Assembly: GCA_041492755.1 (NCBI GenBank)
Contig: JBGPXN010000120.1
Span: 1 to 13,387 of the forward strand
Direction: 5' to 3'
Source of the DNA: Candidatus Methylomirabilia bacterium
Lineage (GTDB): Bacteria; Methylomirabilota; Methylomirabilia; Rokubacteriales; CSP1-6
Length of the DNA: 13,387 nucleotides
Part shown: piece after piece, positions 1-7,059 of the stretch
Position numbering within the stretch: position 1 is the first letter of the stretch
Layout: every line of letters begins with the position of its first letter
Notes under the pieces: model-generated
The model's database searches: none
What the model was told of the DNA's origin: nothing
What the model saw: only the letters and a program-made list of their open reading frames with translations
Made by a program: the position numbers and the translations under genes

Positions 1-453
1 CTCCTCCACCGTCACCGTCGGAAAGGACTCGCGCATCCAGTCGAGGGCGCGCCAGTGCGTGGTCGCGCGACGCCCGTCGAGCAGCCCGGCTTTGCCCAGC
101 ATCATCGAGCCCGTGCACACCGACGTGAGCGTCTCCACTTCTTGCGCGCGCTTGCCGATCCACTGGACCAGGCGCTGGTTGTCGATCTCGGTGCGCGTGC
201 CCCAGCCACCCGGCACGACGAGGACGTCCAGCCGCGGGCAGGCGTCGACGGTGACGTCGGGAATCACACGCAGGCCGCCGGTGGCGACGACCGGCTCGGC
301 TTTCTCCGCCACCAGCAGCACTTCGAACGGCGACGGATCGTCGCGCCGGCGCGCCTCATCGAGACGCGTCACCGAGAAGACCTCGTAGGGCCCGGCGAAG
401 TCGAGCACCTCGACAGCGGGGAAGAGAAGAATGCCCACGCGTTTGCGGTTCAT
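1..453 (-). CDS. DJ-1/PfpI (ThiJ) family protein, isonitrile hydratase-like; 3' end runs off the window
   Basis: Manual translation from the ATG at 453 (SD GGAGG just upstream): MNRKRVGILLFPAVEVLDFAGPYEVFS...LDVLVVPGGWGT...SVCTGSMMLGKAGLLDGRRATTHW. It has the family motifs VPGG, nucleophile-elbow Cys (SVCTG) and AGLLDGRRATTHW. The frame is open to position 1. Confidence 0.93.
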   Translation of the reverse strand, partial: MNRKRVGILLFPAVEVLDFAGPYEVFSVTRLDEARRRDDPSPFEVLLVAEKAEPVVATGGLRVIPDVTVDACPRLDVLVVPGGWGTRTEIDNQRLVQWIGKRAQEVETLTSVCTGSMMLGKAGLLDGRRATTHWRALDWMRESFPTVTVEE

Positions 454-495
454 GGTGCCCTCCAGACGTGTGCTGGACCGAGAGCCTGGGTTTGG

Positions 496-1338
496 TTAGG
501 CGCCGGATGGCTTGTCGCCGGCGAGCGTGATGCGGTGCATGATGCGCCGGTGGCCGGCGTAATCGTTGATCGCGTTGTGCTGAGCACAACGATTGTCCCA
601 GAACGCGATCGACCCGGGCTGCCACCGGAATCGGCACGTGAACTCGGGCTGGATCTGGTGACGGAACAGGTAGTCGAGGATGGGCGCGCTCTCCTGCTCC
701 GTCATGCCCTGAAAGCGCACGGTGTGGGCGACGTTGACGTAGAGCGCCTTGCGCCCCGTCTCCGGATGCACCCGCACCACCGGGTGCTCACCCACGTATT
801 CGGTCCGCGCGTCCGCGCGCGCGCTGTCCTTCACGCGGTCCTCGCGCGTGCGTGAGGCATCGGCCTTGGACGACGTGTTGATCGCGACCAGGCCGTCCAG
901 CATGCGCTTCATGCCGTCCGAGAGGGTCTCGTAGGCCAGGTACATGTTCGCGAACAGCGTGTCGCCGCCGGCCGGCGGCACCTCGCGCGCGACCAGCATG
1001 CTGGCCATGGGCGGCGCCTCGAGATAGGCCGTGTCCGAATGCCAGACGCCTCCGAAGTTGATCCGCTCGTGCTCGAGCTTCACGACGGGGATGATCTCGG
1101 GAGTGTCGTCGAGCCCCTTCACGAAGGGGTATTCGATCGGCTCCCCGAAGCGCCGGGCGAAGGCCAGAAACTGCGCCGGCGCCAGGGGCTGATTGCGGAA
1201 GAAGACCACCAGGTGCTCGAGCCAGGCGGCGCGGACGGCGCCGATAGTGGCCTCAGACAGCGGCCTCGACAGGTCGACACCGCTGATCTCGGCGCCGAGC
1301 GCGCCGGCGACGGGCTGCACTATGATCGAAGCGCTCAT
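496..1338 (-). CDS. TauD/TfdA family Fe(II)/2-oxoglutarate-dependent dioxygenase (280 aa)
   Basis: N-terminal GALGAEISGVDL, HxD motif (WHSD), GGDTLF, HPVVRVHPETGRKALYVN, WDNRCAQH (distal His) and RIMHR. Family similarity begins at the ATG at 1338, not at the track start of 1440. Confidence 0.95.
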   Translation of the reverse strand: MSASIIVQPVAGALGAEISGVDLSRPLSEATIGAVRAAWLEHLVVFFRNQPLAPAQFLAFARRFGEPIEYPFVKGLDDTPEIIPVVKLEHERINFGGVWHSDTAYLEAPPMASMLVAREVPPAGGDTLFANMYLAYETLSDGMKRMLDGLVAINTSSKADASRTREDRVKDSARADARTEYVGEHPVVRVHPETGRKALYVNVAHTVRFQGMTEQESAPILDYLFRHQIQPEFTCRFRWQPGSIAFWDNRCAQHNAINDYAGHRRIMHRITLAGDKPSGA

Positions 1339-1346
1339 GAACCCGC

Positions 1347-1382
1347 ATTCTACCTCGCCCGCGGCCACCGGGGCCGCGGGCG
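1347..1382 (-). promoter_or_regulatory. Putative -10 box (TAGAAT) for the dioxygenase gene, with an adjacent 11-bp GC-rich inverted repeat
   Basis: Minus-strand TAGAAT at 1347-1352 lies 8 nt before the ATG. A perfect inverted repeat CGCCCGCGGCC-accgg-GGCCGCGGGCG spans 1356-1382. Confidence 0.4.
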
Positions 1383-1406
1383 GTTTCTCCACGACGCGAA
1401 CGATTC

Positions 1407-1598
1407 TTGCCGACCGAACTGGATATCTTGGCCAACGCACAGCTCAGTGGGTTTCGGAACCTGAATCTCCAGCCGGTGCCTGAGGCCTCCACGATCTTGT
1501 TGCTGGGGTGGGCTCTGGTCGCTGTCGCGATTCGGCGACGCTATCGCCGGAGTCGGTATCGGAGCGAACGTCGAAAGTGTGGCCTGGCGGAGGTGTAG
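1407..1598 (+). pseudogene. Orphan PEP-CTERM-like C-terminal sorting signal; probable 3' remnant of an exosortase-substrate gene
   Basis: The ORF encodes ...QPVPEASTILLLGWALVAVAIRRRYRR: a VPE-x-S-T motif, a hydrophobic helix and a basic cluster. An in-frame stop at 1338-1340 leaves no room for a signal peptide or passenger domain. Only a TTG start is available, and GC is about 60%. Confidence 0.65.
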
Positions 1599-1688
1599 CT
1601 GCGGCCGCCGGCCGGGCGACCAAGGTCCGGGACCCGTGTGTTCGAAGTGGCACCGCTCATCCGGCGTCGACGATGACTGCCGCCGCCG

Positions 1689-2456
1689 TCAGTGGCGGGC
1701 CCACGGGCAGCAGGCGCGCTCGAGCCACTGGAGCAGCCACGTGGACGCGACGCCGAGCACCCCGAAGGTGACGACTCCGACGAACACCCGCGTCGTGTCC
1801 ATGAGCTGGAACGACTCCCACAGCAGGAAGCCGAGTCCCGCCTTGGTCGCCTCGATCTCGGTGATGAAGACCAGGATGAGCGCCATCCCCGCCCCCAGCC
1901 GCAGCCCGGTGAAGATGTTCGGCAGCGCGCCGGGCAGGATCACCTTGATGAAGACCTGAAGCCGGCTCGCGCCGAGATCGAGCGCGGCCTTGAGCAGCAG
2001 CGGGTTGATCGACTTCACGCCGGTCACCGTGTTGACCAGGACGAGGAAGAGCACGCCCACCGTGATCGTCACGATCTTCGAGGTGTCGCCGAGGCCGAAC
2101 CAGAGCAGGAAGAGCGGGAAGAGCGCGGATTTCGGAATCGGATAAACCGCGGCGACCCAGGGATCAACGACGTCCTCGATCCACTTCACCGACCCGGCCA
2201 GGAGCCCGAGCACGACGCCGACGAGCGAGCCGTAGACGAAGCCCTGCACGACACGGTTGAGGCTCACGAGCACGGCCCACGGGAGGGCCCCCGACACGGT
2301 GAGGAACCACGTCGCCTTCAGCACCGACAGCGGCGCGGGCAGGAAGAGCTCGTTCAGCTTTCCGGTCTGGACCAGGAGCTGCCACACGCCGAGGAGCAGG
2401 AGGGTCGAGCCCACCTGCCGCGCCGTCGACGCCGAGAGCAGGGCCGAGCGTTTCAC
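1689..2456 (-). CDS. ABC transporter permease, NitT/TauT (SsuC/TauC-like) family
   Basis: Multiple hydrophobic segments, PIPKSALFPLFLLWFGLG, and an EAA-like loop (KAALDLGASRLQVFIKVILPGALP). The GTG start overlaps the ATPase stop (GTGA). Confidence 0.94.
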   Translation of the reverse strand: MKRSALLSASTARQVGSTLLLLGVWQLLVQTGKLNELFLPAPLSVLKATWFLTVSGALPWAVLVSLNRVVQGFVYGSLVGVVLGLLAGSVKWIEDVVDPWVAAVYPIPKSALFPLFLLWFGLGDTSKIVTITVGVLFLVLVNTVTGVKSINPLLLKAALDLGASRLQVFIKVILPGALPNIFTGLRLGAGMALILVFITEIEATKAGLGFLLWESFQLMDTTRVFVGVVTFGVLGVASTWLLQWLERACCPWARH

Positions 2457-3232
2457 AGGTCCGCGGCCATCGCCTGCTTCACCTCGTCACGCAGGAGGCC
2501 ATCGAGCAGATCGAGCGTCTCGCCCTCGGCCCGGCGCGTGAGGCTGCGCGGGCGCTCGAGCCGGACGTCGACGATCTGCTTGATGCGACCGGGCCGCGCG
2601 GTCATGACCACGACGCGAGTGCCGAGCAGCACCGCCTCCTGCAGGCTGTGGGTCACGTAGACGAACGTCTTGCCGGTCTCCTTCCAGATGCGCACCAGCT
2701 CGTCTTGCAGGACGCGGCGCGTCTGTGCGTCCAGCGCGGCCAGCGGCTCGTCCAACAGCAAGATTTGCGGATCGTTGGCCAGCGCGCGGGCCAGCGCCAC
2801 GCGCTGTCGCATCCCCCCCGACAGCTCGTGGGGGTAGCGACGCTCGAAGCCTTTGAGGTTCACCATCTCGACGAGACGTTGCGCCTCGCGCAGGCGCTGC
2901 CCACGGGGAACGTGGCGGACCTCGGGTCCGAACACCACGTTCTCGAGCGCGGTGCGCCAGGGAAAGAGCGCGTACTCCTGGAACACCATGCTCGTCCGCT
3001 TGCGTTTTTCCGCGCGGCCGGCGTCACCCGGAAACAGCAGCTCTCCGCTCGACTGCCGCTCGAGGCCGGCGATGATCTGCAGCAGGGTCGACTTGCCGCA
3101 GCCGGACGGCCCGAGAAGGATCAGGAACTCGCCCGCGGCGACGTCCAGGTCGATGGACGCAAGCGCCACCACCGTCTCGCCCGTGCGCGCGATCGTCCAC
3201 ACCTTCCCCAGACGGCGCAACTGGACGAGCAT
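2453..3232 (-). CDS. ABC transporter ATP-binding protein, NitT/TauT (SsuB/TauB-like) family (259 aa)
   Basis: Walker A GPSGCGKST, Q-loop VFQ, signature LSGGMRQR, Walker B ILLLDEP, H-loop VTH. The likely start is the ATG at 3232 (MLVQLRRLGK), 2 nt after the binding-protein stop. Confidence 0.95.
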   Translation of the reverse strand: MLVQLRRLGKVWTIARTGETVVALASIDLDVAAGEFLILLGPSGCGKSTLLQIIAGLERQSSGELLFPGDAGRAEKRKRTSMVFQEYALFPWRTALENVVFGPEVRHVPRGQRLREAQRLVEMVNLKGFERRYPHELSGGMRQRVALARALANDPQILLLDEPLAALDAQTRRVLQDELVRIWKETGKTFVYVTHSLQEAVLLGTRVVVMTARPGRIKQIVDVRLERPRSLTRRAEGETLDLLDGLLRDEVKQAMAADL

Positions 3233-3234
3233 TC

Positions 3235-4215
3235 CTATTCCAGGAACGACAGGTCCACCACCCGGTTCATCGGCACCTTTTCCTTCACCCAGCCCATCTG
3301 GTGGAACCAGTCTTGAAGAGCCGAGAGATCTTCCACCCGCGGTCGCCCGTTCGGATCGGCGTACATCGGGATGGTCGACTTGATCGTCTCCGCGGGCACC
3401 TTGGTGTGCTTGGCCAGGATGGTGGCGATCTCCTGATCCTTCATGCCGCGCTGGTTGTAGTAGCGGACGCCCTTGACGTAGGCCTGCAGGAAGTCGCGCG
3501 CGATCTTCGGGCGCTCCTTCATGAACTTGCCCGCGTACATGACCACCCCGACCTGGAAGGTGGGCACCGTCGACGTGTTCTCGGTGAAGAACTTCTTGAC
3601 GCCGACCTTCTGCTCCTCGGCGCGGCTCCCCCACGGCTCCGGGGCCATGACCGCCTCGATCGCCTTGCTGGCGAGCGCCTTGATGCCGTCGGGATACGCG
3701 AGCGCGGTGACGTCCACCGCCTCGTAGGTGAGACCGTCGTGCTCGAGCAGCTTGGCCAGGAAGAAGTCGAGGATGATGCCCTTGGCCCCGATGGCGACCT
3801 TCATGCCCTTGAGGTCCTTCATCGACTTCACGCGCCCGCTGTCGACCAGGTCCTTGCGGACGATGACGTGCGTGAAGCTGTAGCCTGGACGCACCTGGCC
3901 CTTGTCGGCCACGATCTTGAAATCCATGCCGGCAGCGATCGAGTTGTACAGGCCCGCCGAGGGCGAGCCGACCGCCACGTCGAGCTGGCCCGTGGCGAGC
4001 GGCGCGATCATCTTGGCGCCGGACGCAAACACGTCCATGTCGACCGTGATGCCCTTCTCCTTGAAGAAACCCTTGTCGATGGCGACGTAGAGCCCGGCAT
4101 TCGAGATGGCGGGGAGATCCCCCATCTTCACCACTTCCTGACCCAGCGCCGGACCCGCCGCGAGCAGCAGCACGATCGCCACGGCGACCCGGAGGTATCC
4201 CACCGCGTTCGTCAT
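3235..4215 (-). CDS. ABC transporter substrate-binding protein, NMT1/SsuA-like (326 aa)
   Basis: Sec-type signal peptide (MTNAVGYLRVAVAIVLLLAAGPALG), then YVAIDKGFFKEKGI, LATGQLDV and KDLKGMKVA, typical of the family. SD-like GAAGGAG upstream; first gene of the ABC operon. Confidence 0.92.
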   Translation of the reverse strand: MTNAVGYLRVAVAIVLLLAAGPALGQEVVKMGDLPAISNAGLYVAIDKGFFKEKGITVDMDVFASGAKMIAPLATGQLDVAVGSPSAGLYNSIAAGMDFKIVADKGQVRPGYSFTHVIVRKDLVDSGRVKSMKDLKGMKVAIGAKGIILDFFLAKLLEHDGLTYEAVDVTALAYPDGIKALASKAIEAVMAPEPWGSRAEEQKVGVKKFFTENTSTVPTFQVGVVMYAGKFMKERPKIARDFLQAYVKGVRYYNQRGMKDQEIATILAKHTKVPAETIKSTIPMYADPNGRPRVEDLSALQDWFHQMGWVKEKVPMNRVVDLSFLE

Positions 4216-4282
4216 CTCACCCGCTCCTTCGATGGTGTCGTGTGGCCCCGCTCGGAGAGCTACGTATCCAACCCGGAGCCTC

Positions 4283-4327
4283 GCCGGAATGATCCGGCAT
4301 TCTAGGGCAGCGGCGCGAGAAATGTAA
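4283..4327 (-). promoter_or_regulatory. Putative sigma70 promoter for the ABC operon, with a palindrome over the start site
   Basis: Minus strand reads TTACAT-17 nt-TAGAAT (4327-4322 and 4304-4299), followed at once by GCCGGA-TCAT-TCCGGC (4298-4283). Confidence 0.45.
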
Positions 4328-4351
4328 GCGGAGCGGCAAGGGCCGGGGCCG

Positions 4352-5092
4352 TCACACCCGCGCGATGACGGCGACCGGCCCGCCGCCACTCGGTCCCTGG
4401 TGCTCGGCGCCGCCGGAGACGTAGACCATGGGGTCGCCAATGAGCGAGGCGATGACGGCCCCGACCACGGCGCGGGCCGGGCGCGTGTGGTTGATGTCGG
4501 AGTCGTCGATCATCGTGTGCCGCCGGCCGCGGATGCGACCCGACGGCGACGCCTCCGCCTTGGCGAAGACCCCCACGATGCGCTCACCGCTCCCGGCGTC
4601 GCCACGGCTCGTACAACCGACGGCGGCGAGCGCGCGCCGCACGGCGGCGGCGTCGAGCGCGTCCTGCATCACGTCGTGGCCGATGACCAGCTCGCTCACC
4701 GCGCGCGCCGAGTTGCCGAGCACCATGACCTCACAGTGCTGGAGCTCGACACCGGCCGACGTCGACGCCACCCGCGAGTAGAGATCCCAGCGCCGCCCGA
4801 TGGCGGCGTGGGTCACCGCCTCACGCGCGACCTCACCCAGGGCCAGCGCCACGCCGAGCGCGGCCGCCGCGCGCGAGTACCCCATCGACGCGTAGGTGCT
4901 GCCGGTCACGACCTTCTCGCCGCGCGCCTCCGCGTCGGCGATGGCTTCGGCGGTGAGGAGCGGGCACTTGATCTGAACGAAGTGGACGTCCGCGATCCCC
5001 TCGATCTGCGCCGACGTCATCGCGCTGCGGACCGCGGCCTCGACGATCTGCACCTGCGCCAGCGTCCCCAGCTCCTCCGGCCGGAACGCACG
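4352..5092 (-). pseudogene. Ring-opening amidohydrolase (cyanuric acid hydrolase AtzD/barbiturase family), N-terminal third missing
   Basis: Family motifs are present: [45 protein letters not shown] and [22 protein letters not shown]. The N-terminal repeat with GKTEGNG/SGGTEG is absent. Sequence upstream of about 5093-5115 is unrelated and lower in GC. Confidence 0.85.
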
Positions 5093-5097
5093 CCGAA

Positions 5098-5378
5098 CGG
5101 CTACAACGACGGTGGCTCTCGTTCGAGATCGAGCAGAAGTACGCGGAGAACTCGCGGCTTCGCTTCGGGCTCGTTCCTGACGCCACTTCATGTTTTCGGG
5201 CATAGAACTGCTCTTCGAGCGCGTCTATGCTGTCCGACAGCGCAGCTTCGCGCAGACCCAGGTCAACATGCGCTTCTCACTCTCGCAGGATCTCACATCA
5301 CTCGAGGAGTTCTTGCGACTGTGGCGTGAACGCGGGCCACAAGGTTTGGCGTCGATGCTGGAGCACGGGCTCGTGTGA
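5098..5378 (+). pseudogene. Probable 3' fragment of an unknown, lower-GC gene, apparently frameshifted
   Basis: Reads [27 protein letters not shown] in one frame, then [20 protein letters not shown]...EEFLRLWRERGPQGLASMLEHGLV* in another. GC is about 59% (5101-5340, hand count) against about 78% in a sample of the adjacent gene. The stop lies 6 nt from the convergent binding-protein stop. Confidence 0.4.
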
Positions 5379-5384
5379 CCGCTG

Positions 5385-6923
5385 TCACGGCTTCTTGAGC
5401 TTCAGATCCTCCAGCGGCGCCGAGTACGCGTAGCTCCGGATCAGGTTGATGCCCGGCTCTTCGGCGCGCGGGCCGACGCCCCAGATGAACCCGAGCTCGT
5501 AGATCGGGATCTGCGTCACCCGCTCGTAGAGGATGGTCTGGATCTGGTGGAGCAGCGCCTCGCGCTTCTTGACGTCCGTCTCCCGCGCCTGGCGCTGGAA
5601 CAGGTCCTCGACGTCGGGCATCACGCCGGACGTGTAGACGCCGTTCTTGCTGACGTACGCCTCCAGCCGCGTGCCTGCGTTACCGCCGGCGCCGGTGATG
5701 CCGATGATCACGTTCTTGAGCTTGTGCTCGCGCCACGCGGTCGTCATGGCCGCGCGCTCCATCGTCCGGATCTTCGTCTTGATGCCGACGGAGCCGAGGT
5801 ACGCGGCGAGCGCCTCGCCCATCGAGAAGTAGGGTGGCCACGGGTAGAAGTCGCCGGCGTCGAAGCCGTTGGGATAGCCGGCCTCGGTGAGGAGCTGCTT
5901 GGCCTTCTTGACGTCGTACGCGTGCGGCTCGAAGATCTTCGAGAACTCGAGCGCGCGTGGGATGAGGCTGCCCGTCGGCCGGGAGAACCCGAGCGTCTCG
6001 GCCTGGTTGAGCGCTTGCCGGTCGATCGCATGGCTCACGGCCAGCCGCACGCGCCGGTCGTGCCACGGCGATTTCGGATCCCACTGGTCGGGCAGGTCGA
6101 TCCAGAACACCGCGGGGGATTCTCTCGGCGCCACCAGCTTGAATCCCGGCGTGCGCCGGATGTCCTCGGCCACGGGGCCGGTGAGCAGGTAGGCGATGTC
6201 GATCTCACCCTTCTTGAGCGCGGCCGCGCGCGTCGTCTCCTCGGGCATGCTGCGGTAGACGAGCCGCTTGATGTTGGGCGTCTTCCGCCAGTACCCCTCG
6301 AAGGCTTCCATCACCAGCTCGATGCCCGGGGTGAAGCTCACGAACTTGTACGGCCCGGCGCCGATCGGCGCCTTCTTGAAGCCGTCGTCGCCCACCTTCT
6401 CGACGTAGGCCTTGGGCACGATCCACCCCGAGCCGGTGGCCGACGTCCCGTAGAACGTCATGAAGTCCGGCCACGGCTCCTTGAGATGGAAGCGCACGCG
6501 GCCGGGATCGACCACCTGGACTTCCCGCACCCGCTCCTTGAGCAGCTTCGCGCCCGAGCCCTTGTAGCGGTCGAAGGAGAACTTCACGTCCTCGCCCGTG
6601 ACCGGCGCGCCGTTGTGGAACTTGACGCCCTTGCGCAGGACGAACTCGTAGGTGAGCCCGTCCTTGGACTGGGTGAACGACTCGGCCAGGCTGGGCGTGT
6701 TGATGCCCGCCGGCATCGGCTTCACCAGCGCGTCGTGGAGCGCGTACAGCACCATGAACGGCGTGATGATCCCCTCGGTCTCGGCCGGGTCGAGCCACCG
6801 GGAGGCGAGCGTGATGTGCACGCCCCACGTCATGGTGCCTTCGGGGGAAGCGTGCGCCGGTTGGGTGAAACCGAAGCAGAGCAGGAGCGTCGCGAACAGG
6901 AAACAAGCGAAGGATCGCCTCAT
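5385..6923 (-). CDS. ABC transporter substrate-binding protein, family 5 (DppA/OppA-like), 512 aa
   Basis: SD GGGAGG before the ATG at 6923; signal peptide ending AHA; family motifs SLAES..SKDGLTYEFVLRKGVKFHNG, PIGAGPYKF, DRRVRLAVSHAIDR and AKQLLTEAGYPNGF. Confidence 0.95.
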   Translation of the reverse strand: MRRSFACFLFATLLLCFGFTQPAHASPEGTMTWGVHITLASRWLDPAETEGIITPFMVLYALHDALVKPMPAGINTPSLAESFTQSKDGLTYEFVLRKGVKFHNGAPVTGEDVKFSFDRYKGSGAKLLKERVREVQVVDPGRVRFHLKEPWPDFMTFYGTSATGSGWIVPKAYVEKVGDDGFKKAPIGAGPYKFVSFTPGIELVMEAFEGYWRKTPNIKRLVYRSMPEETTRAAALKKGEIDIAYLLTGPVAEDIRRTPGFKLVAPRESPAVFWIDLPDQWDPKSPWHDRRVRLAVSHAIDRQALNQAETLGFSRPTGSLIPRALEFSKIFEPHAYDVKKAKQLLTEAGYPNGFDAGDFYPWPPYFSMGEALAAYLGSVGIKTKIRTMERAAMTTAWREHKLKNVIIGITGAGGNAGTRLEAYVSKNGVYTSGVMPDVEDLFQRQARETDVKKREALLHQIQTILYERVTQIPIYELGFIWGVGPRAEEPGINLIRSYAYSAPLEDLKLKKP

Positions 6924-6954
6924 GGATTCCTCCCAGGCGCTCGGATCGGGGCTC

Positions 6955-7007
6955 ATCGTACGCGATGCGGGCAGCCCCAGGCTAGAGCCTGGCGTCGGTG
7001 CTAGACT
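6955..7007. promoter_or_regulatory. Putative back-to-back promoters with a central palindrome
   Basis: Minus-strand -10 TACGAT (6960-6955), plus-strand extended -10 TGcTAGACT (6999-7007), and the perfect palindrome CCAGGCT-AG-AGCCTGG (6977-6992) between them. Confidence 0.4.
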
Positions 7008-7059
7008 CCGCCCGAACGACGCGGTCCGACTCACGACATCGTCCAACTGGAGGAGACCC

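Noticed and set aside
1441..1460. AGCTCAGTGG resembling a tRNA D-arm
   Set aside because: No acceptor stem, anticodon arm or correctly spaced T-arm follows.
496..4215. Assigning tauABCD or ssuABC gene symbols
   Set aside because: The similarity is family-level only, the taurine-binding residues appear altered, and the dioxygenase is separated from the ABC genes by a 350-bp spacer containing a foreign remnant.
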